Shown here piece after piece: positions 43,401-51,194 of a stretch of DNA of 64,000 nt; positions within the stretch are counted from its first letter, which is position 1, and each line of letters begins with the position of its first letter. This DNA comes from a virus. The notes beneath the pieces were generated by a model. That model was not told the DNA's origin. It made no database searches and saw nothing but the letters and a program-made list of their open reading frames with translations. The stretch spans positions 64,001 through 128,000 of the IMG/VR virus record IMGVR_UViG_3300017917_003053; one strand, 5' to 3'. The translations under genes and the position numbers were made by a program.

Positions 43401-46400
43401 TAATGTACTATTTAATAAATTAAATGTTTGTGATAGTTCCATTAATTCTTGTGGTGTACTACCAACTAATTTCTCTGCAAATGCGCCAGATGCTTGTTTT
43501 TGTGATTCCAGTTGAGAAACTCGTTTTTGCATTTCTGATGTGACATCGCTAATGGCTCCCTCTAAAGCACCTGGGAGATTTTCTAACTCTTTGGTAGTTT
43601 TATCTATGGTTGAATTAACTTTTGCAAGTTTTAATTGTAGATTAGCAACTTCTTTAGCTGCTGCTGGATTAACAGAAACTTCTGATGATTTTCTATCTAT
43701 TTGAGCTTGTAGTGCTTGTTGTTCTTTTTGAGCACGAGATCTCATATTAGCTATATTTTGTGGAGTAAAATCTCCTTGATTCTGTATTCCTAATCTAGCT
43801 CTGTTTCCAGCAAAACGAGCATTGATCCTTTCGCCTATAGAGACTTTTTGACCTAATGCTTCTTTTGTAGATAAACCACTCTGAGCTTGCATTTCTATAA
43901 GTGCTGATGTTCTATCAGCCCTTCTCTGCTCAATTTCTACTACTCTTTCTGCTACCTTGCCTAATTCATCTAGATGCTTGGCTACATTTTCATTGTTCTT
44001 GATAAGTAATTGTCCAGCTTGCTGTGCAGCTTTGTTTAATGGACCAGCAGCTTTATCTATTAATTCAGAAGGATCTATAGTAGTTCCAGCTTCATTTGCT
44101 TGTTTAACAGCTTCATCTACGGTATTTCTAACTCCAGCAACTAAAGTTTGTGCCATACTACTATTTGGCCCAAATGTAGCTAATATATTATTAGTTAAAC
44201 TGCGAGTTACTGATCCTCCAATATCTTCATTACTACCTCCAGCATTGTATACTGCGTTTGCATCTCTATTGGCTTGTTCTGTTGCTCTCGCTCCAAATTC
44301 AGCAACTTTGCCTACTAGTTGTCCTGATGTACCCATTCTAGCAGCAGAATTTGTTATAGCCGCTTGTCTTTCTCCAGCAGAATAAGCATTTGGATTTTGT
44401 AATACATTATTTGTTCTAGATAAAGTTGAACTAGTTAATGATGCTTTTCCACTAAAAATTTCATCAGCCTTATTGCCAATTTCACCTAATTCAAAACTGG
44501 ATCTATTTAATACTTCTTCCATAGCATTAAAAGATTTTTCTAAGCTAACAACAGCTTGCATCATTACTACAGAAAGTTTCTTAGAAGCTTCTGCTGCGGC
44601 TTTTGCTTGTGCGGCAGCGGATGCCTCAGCAAGGGATCTTTTAGCAATGCTTTCTGACATTACCGCTAATTCTTTATTGGTTTCTGCTTGTAAAGCGTCT
44701 GCTTCTGCTCCTCTTCCACTATCTCTTAATTTTTTAATTTCGTCTGCTCTTTGAATCTGGAATGTAGCATATCTTTCATCCGCTTCAGCAATATTAGATG
44801 TTAGCATCTTGAATTGATCAGGACTCATAGTTTTACTAACCTGATCAAAGGTTTTCCCAGTTCTCATCATTTCTTGAACTAAAAATTGTTGAGCTTGATC
44901 AGCTCCAGACTTTTGTGTATCTGCTCTTCGTTTTCCTGCGTCCATAGCAGTCTCGTCTGCATAGCCAAACATTTTACCAAATGTACTTGCTCTTTGTCTC
45001 TTTATTCCTGCTCCCGCTGAGGCTTCAGCAGATGATGCATCGCTGAAGGACTTAAGAAATGAGTTTCTTCCTGTAACGTTTCCAGGATTAGTCATATATG
45101 CTTGCAGAGCTTTACCGCTTTTATCTGTTGCTGTTTGAGATGCCGCTATCTTTTGACTCTGAGCGTATTCTTCATTAGCTTTTTCTGCTTCTCCAATACC
45201 CATAACAAAACCAGCTAATGCTCCTGTTGCTGCTCCGATACCTGTGCCAAGAGGACCAAACATACTGCCAACAGTGGCTCCTATAGAAGCCATATTAGCA
45301 ACACTACCTCCTATGGCCGCTGTTGATCGTCCTGCCTCTGTCTTTTCTCCTCCCATAGCCTTAGATATAGCATCAACGCCTAATCCTCCAACCATTGTGA
45401 GAGCCATACCAGCCATACCAAATCCACCACCTCCACCAGCACCGCCAGCCCCTCTGCCTCCAGAAGCAAATCTTCCTAAGCCAATAGCATTAAGTGCTCC
45501 TCCTCCTATACTGCTAATCAATCCTCCAGCACCTCTGCCAGCAGCCATAATGCTAGATTTACCAACTTGTAATAGGCCTGTTCCAGCATTTTTTGCAGCC
45601 TGTGTTAGCATCTGCAACGGATTAGTTGCACTTTTAAGACTTGCTGCAAATTGAAGTCCGGCATTAGACATATTAGAAACGCCAGATGTCATGCCCATAA
45701 CATTTGACCTACGATCAACAACATCTTGTCCTCTTTGATATTGTCCAACATTACTGGCTATTTGATCTATTCTGGCCTGACTAGCGGCAAAGCCTGTTGG
45801 CCCAACAGGACTTCTTACTGGTCTACTTTCTGTTGTTCCTGTGGCTAAGTTTGTTGGGCTTGGTGGTCCAACTGGAGGCGATGATCCAGCATTAGCAACT
45901 CTGACTTTTTTGCCTTGTCTACTTCCACCTCCTCCGGATTGTGCTAATGTAGCAGCTTCTGTAGCAGCAGCATTGATATCCGAGGCTCCTTTTTCTAATT
46001 TAGAAGTAAAGATTCTCATTGCTTTTAACATTTGGTCTGTTGGTAATCCACTTACCATAGACTCTAAAACATTGAAAGCATCAACATTATCCATGATGGC
46101 TTTACTGAGTTTTGCTGTGTCTTTTGGAGATAATCCACCCAAAGCTGGTGTTAGTTGAGCGGGAAAACCTCCAGCAGCAAACTTTTGTATGCCTCCAACA
46201 CTACCTCCCTTATTAAATCCTTGAATTTTATCTGCTCTATTTAATTGATGAAGTCTACTTGCTCCTATTCTGCTAGCAGCTTTTTTATTGATAACAAATT
46301 CACCAGGAGTTAATAGTGCAGGAACAGTGTCCTGTCCTGATATTCCTCCTCCTGTTGCTTTTCTTTTTCTTGTTTTGGTTTTAACTGCTGGAACAAGATT

Positions 46401-49400
46401 AGGATTTTCAGCAAATAAAAATCTATCTACTTGATTCAAAAATTTAGGTATTCCCTTGCCTCTTTCACCCTTTTTACCGGTATCTCCTACTGTTCTTGTG
46501 GCATCTGTTGGTATCATTGGAGGTATACCAAATAAAGATGCTAATTTAGTACTTAATCCTTGGCTAAAGTCAATAGCTTTAAATTCTTTAGATGAGTATG
46601 GATTACCAGCTACTCCTATAGCACCCTCTAATGCTGCTCCGATTACTCCTTCTACGCCAGCATCTTTCATAATTTTTTCGATGACTGGGCCGGTCTGAGG
46701 AACAGCACCAATCTGTTGTGCCATGCTTGATCCTACTCTAGAAATAGAATCTTGGAATCCTTTAATGATATCGTCTTCATATTGAGAACTAAAATTAGAA
46801 GGTAATACTCCACCCCATACTGTTACTTTATTACCTTTTGGAGTAATTTTTGGAGCACCAGCAACCGGAGTGCCGTATAATCCTACTAGTCCTACTGGGA
46901 TACCTGCTTGTTGTTCAGCGTCTAGGGGTACTTGAGAAGAATTTTTCTCTAATAATTTTTTAATTTCAAGTTTTTTAGCTTCTTTTTCTTCTTTAGACAT
47001 GCTCCTAATTTTACTACTACTATATTGTTGTTTAAAAGCAGAATTAATTTTTCCTGCTGTCACACCACCACCATTAATAAATCTGGACACTCTGGATGCT
47101 CTCGGACCTTTTGATCTCATAGCATCATATGCCTCTTGTTTACTTCCTCCTCCTGTAAATATCATATTGCCAATTGGAATGCCGAATAATTCATTAATAT
47201 ATTCTGCAAGTCCTGGGGTTCTTTTGGATTTACTAATAATACTTAAATTAGAAGGATTAACTTGTCCATCTTGAATAGATTTTTGAAGCATTCTACCAAA
47301 CTGGGTAAGTCTGGCATTTTTTGCATCTTCTAGTCTATTGGTAGGATCTCTGAAGTATTTAGATAATACAGCATCTTTTTGTCCAGAAGTTTTAGCTTTA
47401 CCATATGCGGCATCTCCAACAGTACGTTTTAGGGTTCTATCAAAATCTAATGCACCATAGCCGCTAGCAAGAATTTTGTCTAAAGCTATTTTGTTTGGTA
47501 ACATAGCTCCAGCAGCATTAGATGTTATATCATCTACTAATGGAGCATTTGCAAAACCACCTTTAGCAAATTGTTCAACATCCATCCATAAATTTTTATT
47601 AACACCTAATTTAACGAATTTAGTTTTATCAACTCTAAATTTTGATCCTGGTCTTAGGATAAATTCATCTTCACTCTCTGGTGGATTTTGATATAATGTT
47701 TGTCCAGTAATATTGTCTTTTTTAATACCTCCTCTAACTGCTGTTCCTTTTAATTGCTCAACAACATCTACTCCTTTAGCTCCTTTTTTAGTCTTAATAT
47801 TCATCATAGCGGCCCAATTATCTTCAGATCTTTCTGCATTATCTAAAAATATTTTGGCTTTAGCAAAATCTTTACTTGTTGATACAAAACCTGGGAGACG
47901 AAAACTTTTACCAATAATTTTCATCGTTTCTTGAGAATAATATTTCTCTTGATCAAAAAAATTGGTTCCTTTTGGTATGGCTGGATTTTTATTTAATCCT
48001 GTCTGCATAGCCATCATATCAAATGCTGATCTAGAAATAGAACTATATAGTTGTTTTGGAGCAGATGTTCCTAGTGATCTTAGATCTTTTGTTTCTTTAG
48101 CTAGTTGACTTCTTTCAGTTTTAGACAGATCTTTCTTTCTAGAAAATCTAGTATTGTCGAAATCTCCACGATAATAATTTTGTAATGTATCTTTGGCTTG
48201 TCCTCCATTAGCATATCTGTTCATTCTATGAAGATTGCCTACACCGATAGCTTTTACAGCATTTTTTCTTATAACAAATTCCCCCGGAGTCAACATCGCT
48301 GGAAATGTATCAGAGTTACCTTCTCCTGGAACAACACCTCCAGTAGCAAAACCTCTAACAAATCCACCATTGTTTTGACGGCGTAAACCTCCTGCAAAGC
48401 CAGCACCAAAGCGAGTTAAAGCAGAGACTCCTCTAAAAGCTGCAATGGCAGTTAATGCTGGTAATACTGTCTTAGCGCTATCTGCTAATCTGATAAGAGC
48501 ACTGGCTAAATCTAAACTTAATCTAACGAATGTTTGAAAAGTAGCACTTTCTCCTAATGATCTGATTAGTGCTGTAAATTCTTCTCTAACTTTTGTGATT
48601 TGATTTGCTAAACTTAATTGTGCTGTTGCAGCATCCTTGGCTAATGATCCTTGCCCTTGTTGTGCCACCTTCAATGCCGCCTGTGCTGTGGCGAATTGTT
48701 GGATAAGAGGAATAACTTTACCAATCTGACGGAAACCACCAAGTTCTTCAACAATTTGACTGAATCTTAAATCTCGTGGATCTAATTTACTTAAACCATC
48801 ACTTAGTCTACGTACAGCTTCATACGGTCCAACGAATTTTCCTTCTAAATCAGTTAATGTTACTCCATATTGTTTTAGAGCATCTATAGTATCTTTTCTT
48901 TGAATACGAGTAAAAATAGTTCTTAAACCGGTAGCGATAGTTTCTGCACTTTCACGGGTTGTAGCACGAACACTTGTAAATACTGCCAAGAATTCATTTA
49001 ATGCATCTTTGCCTTCACTAACCCCTCTACTAGCTGTGGCAAACACACCACCAGTACGTTGAATAGCTGTAATTAAGTCACTAGCTTCTACAGCAAATTT
49101 TGCAGCAACAGCGTTAACACTACCTAAAGCATCTTCGAGTTGTCCTGCACTAATACCAAACTGTCTCATCAAAGCAATAGAACCTTCTACAGTATCTGAT
49201 AAACTATCGAATGATGGAGCTAGAGCACTTAATGCCAAAGCTTTAAGGGCTTTCTCTGTATCTTTGGCTGTTAAACCCGCCTGAGCTAATGTACTAGATA
49301 CCGTAATTAAATCTTTAGAGGCTATGCCAAGGCCAGTAGAAAGACTAGTGATTTCTTTTACTAATGGACTTAACTGTGATAAACTAGAATCAGTAACTTG

Positions 49401-49925
49401 TGCCACTCTAACTAACTCTTTATTGAATCCGATAAATTCGCTTGTGGCGGATGAAAGAGCATTGGTGAACTTGTATATTACCCCAGTAACCGTAGCAAAC
49501 GCTGCGAATCTTCTTACTGCTAATGCTGACTGTCTACCGAACTCTTCAAAACCTGTGGCTGTCTGATTCAAGGTTCTATTAGTTTGAGTTAAAGTATTAT
49601 TGACATTTCCTGCACCAGCGTTAATTCTATTTAAATTTCTGGGTATATTGCCAATGTTGTTATTTGCTGCTGCGGCTGCTCTTCCAAAAGCACTTAATGA
49701 TGCTGCGGCATTTCTGGCTGCATTTTGTGTAGCATTTAAAGAAGTATTTAGTCTGTTGATAGATTGTTGTAAATTGTTAACATTTCTAGTAGTATTATTA
49801 TTGATATTAACATTTACATCTGCTGTAATACCAGATAATTGTCTTCTAATATTCGCAATTACTGGTCTGATATTTGCAGGACCTCTTAAATTTAATTCTG
49901 CGGTTAGATTAAATGATCTAGACAT
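40413..49925 (-). CDS. Tail tape measure protein (3170 aa) with inserted enzymatic domains
   Basis: TP901-type core (ETIATGLRTIFTRI, GGFRQIGKV), Gly/Ala hydrophobic segments, coiled coils, and position after the tail chaperones. Confidence 0.9.
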   Translation of the reverse strand: MSRSFNLTAELNLRGPANIRPVIANIRRQLSGITADVNVNINNNTTRNVNNLQQSINRLNTSLNATQNAARNAAASLSAFGRAAAAANNNIGNIPRNLNRINAGAGNVNNTLTQTNRTLNQTATGFEEFGRQSALAVRRFAAFATVTGVIYKFTNALSSATSEFIGFNKELVRVAQVTDSSLSQLSPLVKEITSLSTGLGIASKDLITVSSTLAQAGLTAKDTEKALKALALSALAPSFDSLSDTVEGSIALMRQFGISAGQLEDALGSVNAVAAKFAVEASDLITAIQRTGGVFATASRGVSEGKDALNEFLAVFTSVRATTRESAETIATGLRTIFTRIQRKDTIDALKQYGVTLTDLEGKFVGPYEAVRRLSDGLSKLDPRDLRFSQIVEELGGFRQIGKVIPLIQQFATAQAALKVAQQGQGSLAKDAATAQLSLANQITKVREEFTALIRSLGESATFQTFVRLSLDLASALIRLADSAKTVLPALTAIAAFRGVSALTRFGAGFAGGLRRQNNGGFVRGFATGGVVPGEGNSDTFPAMLTPGEFVIRKNAVKAIGVGNLHRMNRYANGGQAKDTLQNYYRGDFDNTRFSRKKDLSKTERSQLAKETKDLRSLGTSAPKQLYSSISRSAFDMMAMQTGLNKNPAIPKGTNFFDQEKYYSQETMKIIGKSFRLPGFVSTSKDFAKAKIFLDNAERSEDNWAAMMNIKTKKGAKGVDVVEQLKGTAVRGGIKKDNITGQTLYQNPPESEDEFILRPGSKFRVDKTKFVKLGVNKNLWMDVEQFAKGGFANAPLVDDITSNAAGAMLPNKIALDKILASGYGALDFDRTLKRTVGDAAYGKAKTSGQKDAVLSKYFRDPTNRLEDAKNARLTQFGRMLQKSIQDGQVNPSNLSIISKSKRTPGLAEYINELFGIPIGNMIFTGGGSKQEAYDAMRSKGPRASRVSRFINGGGVTAGKINSAFKQQYSSSKIRSMSKEEKEAKKLEIKKLLEKNSSQVPLDAEQQAGIPVGLVGLYGTPVAGAPKITPKGNKVTVWGGVLPSNFSSQYEDDIIKGFQDSISRVGSSMAQQIGAVPQTGPVIEKIMKDAGVEGVIGAALEGAIGVAGNPYSSKEFKAIDFSQGLSTKLASLFGIPPMIPTDATRTVGDTGKKGERGKGIPKFLNQVDRFLFAENPNLVPAVKTKTRKRKATGGGISGQDTVPALLTPGEFVINKKAASRIGASRLHQLNRADKIQGFNKGGSVGGIQKFAAGGFPAQLTPALGGLSPKDTAKLSKAIMDNVDAFNVLESMVSGLPTDQMLKAMRIFTSKLEKGASDINAAATEAATLAQSGGGGSRQGKKVRVANAGSSPPVGPPSPTNLATGTTESRPVRSPVGPTGFAASQARIDQIASNVGQYQRGQDVVDRRSNVMGMTSGVSNMSNAGLQFAASLKSATNPLQMLTQAAKNAGTGLLQVGKSSIMAAGRGAGGLISSIGGGALNAIGLGRFASGGRGAGGAGGGGGFGMAGMALTMVGGLGVDAISKAMGGEKTEAGRSTAAIGGSVANMASIGATVGSMFGPLGTGIGAATGALAGFVMGIGEAEKANEEYAQSQKIAASQTATDKSGKALQAYMTNPGNVTGRNSFLKSFSDASSAEASAGAGIKRQRASTFGKMFGYADETAMDAGKRRADTQKSGADQAQQFLVQEMMRTGKTFDQVSKTMSPDQFKMLTSNIAEADERYATFQIQRADEIKKLRDSGRGAEADALQAETNKELAVMSESIAKRSLAEASAAAQAKAAAEASKKLSVVMMQAVVSLEKSFNAMEEVLNRSSFELGEIGNKADEIFSGKASLTSSTLSRTNNVLQNPNAYSAGERQAAITNSAARMGTSGQLVGKVAEFGARATEQANRDANAVYNAGGSNEDIGGSVTRSLTNNILATFGPNSSMAQTLVAGVRNTVDEAVKQANEAGTTIDPSELIDKAAGPLNKAAQQAGQLLIKNNENVAKHLDELGKVAERVVEIEQRRADRTSALIEMQAQSGLSTKEALGQKVSIGERINARFAGNRARLGIQNQGDFTPQNIANMRSRAQKEQQALQAQIDRKSSEVSVNPAAAKEVANLQLKLAKVNSTIDKTTKELENLPGALEGAISDVTSEMQKRVSQLESQKQASGAFAEKLVGSTPQELMELSQTFNLLNSTLSGQITTIQQSQVAQQAYVQAIQQGKTAQEAMSDAQTAFANENKKALGLFGELTQIAGVDGPELDVMKADLLENFARAQGAGLERNPFFQKLLATLRQNPEDRAKNDPVLKALQARMDELKNAQVEAVRLQNENDRNIQKDLLEKVGKSILDSLAKTQEAFVKAMNDVAIRLGAAPQGGGGRGFATGGLVYAANGKYVNFVPKGTDTIPAMLSPGEFVVNAKSTKDNLSLLTAINNSRGGKINYLAAGGQPDLSGVSERTDKAKQQDMARSGLINQTVLSNKIDSVKGLSQTINSTTLSTKNNQIPSLDTSIDKNQTTNNQQFSALGRNLNRLSETIKGSRALSTGGIVYAADGKYINFQPKGTDTIPAMLSPGEFVVNAKSTKDNLGVLQAINSGYYADGGRLGGVDPSPLNFQRSIVSQRFNRAFKKAQPGDYVILTPRGDYVGEISGVQNIREASLRAKEEVNGYKPGIDRIIPKINYLVGQEQSKNFGEKLVAELQDQMMEAPNLFGPDAFNTTLNDREKVKDIFSKINQGANIGELYRKATKRENYLRQVQNNTSLGIRLGRGAPTFNTQDGKMQYGKNTRLLPAEVLGVQNKRATEEITAINRVWGTIKNGVKWDGTKFENGPPPEGLRRDSSTVFDALNPSSLPDRSYFNKGGVIYVEGGSYIPFKTPRDKALNDRRVANDKEMERRRNQADIDQKSKMVLSTWDPIWKKEDAQKAKEDARKRFEEEKARRKGANPTQDELKFFADWRKEEASFLAQDKKDQAKRSYEQEKIRRFNNPTLSPAQYRKRGGTIYANGGTIVPYQPKGTDTVPAMLSPGEFVVNRQASQKHLGLLQSINNGYYSKGGVAYLADGTQGTSALDSNMTYLSDILKKGAESLNLAFMNAVKKLNNLSETGPDPTQVRTNGVSNNQINPSVSIEALGNRLDRFIEQLQNAIPSTVTLEVPSPIPVNVTINGASVLADVLNGPLGNLVQRAIRDAFDQKSRQNEGY
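40827..41021 (-). repeat. TMP PGEFV module, copy 5
   Basis: RGGTIYANGG...PKGTDTVPAMLSPGEFVVN...YYSKGGVAYLADG. Confidence 0.9.
42198..42377 (-). repeat. TMP PGEFV module, copy 4
   Basis: LSTGGIVYAADG...PKGTDTIPAMLSPGEFVVNAKSTKDNL...YYADGG. Confidence 0.9.
42657..42854 (-). repeat. TMP PGEFV module, copy 3
   Basis: FATGGLVYAANG...PKGTDTIPAMLSPGEFVVNAKSTKDNL...YLAAGG. Confidence 0.9.
46167..46361 (-). repeat. TMP PGEFV module, copy 2
   Basis: KATGGGISGQDTVPALLTPGEFVINKKAASRIG...FNKGG...FAAGG. Confidence 0.9.
48201..48350 (-). repeat. TMP PGEFV module, copy 1
   Basis: FATGGVVPGEGNSDTFPAMLTPGEFVIRKNAVKAIGVGNLHRMNRYANGG. Confidence 0.9.
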
Positions 49926-49938
49926 AAAATATCCTTAT

Positions 49939-49980
49939 TAAAAATATAACGCCAAATCACCCATAACGATGATTGGCGCT
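49939..49980 (-). terminator. Stem-loop with T-rich tail directly upstream of the TMP RBS
   Basis: Minus strand AGCGCCAATCATC-GTTATG-GGTGATTTGGCGTT, then ATATTTTT. Confidence 0.5.
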
Positions 49981-50013
49981 ATATATAAAAATGCAAAAGT
50001 TAAATTATGAATA

Positions 50014-50886
50014 TCAAACTGTAGCATCACCACCGTCTGTTGATTCAACAGGAGTGGGAGCCTTGGTTTCTTGTTTGATTTCGTCTGGTGGCAATATTGG
50101 ATTGCCGTCCTCGTCCAAGAATGGTTTTGTTTCAACAACATATTCTCCTGTTTCGTTGACCCTATTGCCATCTCTGTCTACAAAATTACCATTTTCATCT
50201 ATTAATCTATTATTTTCGTCAATTAATCTTCCATCAGCGTCTATTAATCTACCCTTTTTGTCAATTCTTCTAAGCTTATCGTCAACAAACTTATACTTAG
50301 TTAAAAATTTATTTTCTGGTAAGTTCTTTTCAAAGTTATTATCTAAACCATAGATCATGTTAGCCAAATTTTGAGCACCTAAAATGGCCACAGGATCATC
50401 AGACTTATTAAGATACTCTTCCAAATTGCTAAAATATTTTTCTCCACTATCTTTATACACCACGCAGGACGATACTAAATAGTTAAATCTTGCATTATCC
50501 GCTTGACCTTCAGCACTATGATTATCTAAACTAGTGCGAACACTAATTAAGTCTTTAATTTTATCTCGAATTTCTTGCATTTCAAAAGCTAGTTGTTTGG
50601 CCTCATTTATTCCGAAACCTCCCTTAGCTAACCTTCTTTCTCCATCAAGTAATTGTTTTTGCATGTTAGAATATTCTGCTTGTTTTTCATCATTCCATAA
50701 TCCCTGATCTCGAAGCAGATCGTCTAATTTAGCTCTTACCACACTCTTGCTCTTTATGGCGTCTGTAAAGGCTTGATTATATACCTTCTGAGCTTCTCTT
50801 TGATCATTTAATGAAGGGGATTTAACAAGGAATTCCACATCTTTATCGTTAACTTTTGCAGTAAAGGTCTTAGTTTGCATTGTCAT
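50014..50886 (-). CDS. Putative tail assembly chaperone with short IDxxG repeats
   Basis: Immediately upstream of the TMP; contains RRIDKKG RLIDADG RLIDENN RLIDENG NFVDRDG NRVNETG. Confidence 0.55.
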   Translation of the reverse strand: MTMQTKTFTAKVNDKDVEFLVKSPSLNDQREAQKVYNQAFTDAIKSKSVVRAKLDDLLRDQGLWNDEKQAEYSNMQKQLLDGERRLAKGGFGINEAKQLAFEMQEIRDKIKDLISVRTSLDNHSAEGQADNARFNYLVSSCVVYKDSGEKYFSNLEEYLNKSDDPVAILGAQNLANMIYGLDNNFEKNLPENKFLTKYKFVDDKLRRIDKKGRLIDADGRLIDENNRLIDENGNFVDRDGNRVNETGEYVVETKPFLDEDGNPILPPDEIKQETKAPTPVESTDGGDATV

Positions 50887-51190
50887 TCTCCTTATTGGTT
50901 GGTCTCATTTTGAATTTATAATTATATCTAACTTCTGGTCCATTTCTTAATTGCTTAGAAATATCACTTGCCAAGCCTCTGATTTGCTGATTACCATGGT
51001 TCAGAATATTATTTCTTACATCCTGCCACATATTATCAAAATGTATTTCGGAATCTGATAGAGGCTCATCCATATTTTTATGATGCGCCCACAGATAGCC
51101 AAAAACATTCTCAAATCTGGCCAAAGCTCCTATCATGGTTGTTTCTAGTCTTTTGATTGCTAATTGTAGAATTATCTGTTCTTCATTCAT
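50870..51190 (-). CDS. Hypothetical protein
   Basis: 106-aa ORF coupled to its neighbours in the tail operon. Confidence 0.6.
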   Translation of the reverse strand: MNEEQIILQLAIKRLETTMIGALARFENVFGYLWAHHKNMDEPLSDSEIHFDNMWQDVRNNILNHGNQQIRGLASDISKQLRNGPEVRYNYKFKMRPTNKENDNAN

Positions 51191-51194
51191 GAGA

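Noticed and set aside
40827-48350. PGEFV repeats as a diversity-generating retroelement template/variable pair
   Set aside because: All copies are in-frame coding and differ largely at synonymous positions rather than only at adenines. No reverse transcriptase is present in the window.
43091-49941. Many + strand ORFs of 60-140 aa inside the TMP (and similar ones opposite other long genes)
   Set aside because: They are antisense shadows of Gly/Ala-rich coding sequence, with no convincing RBS or motifs.
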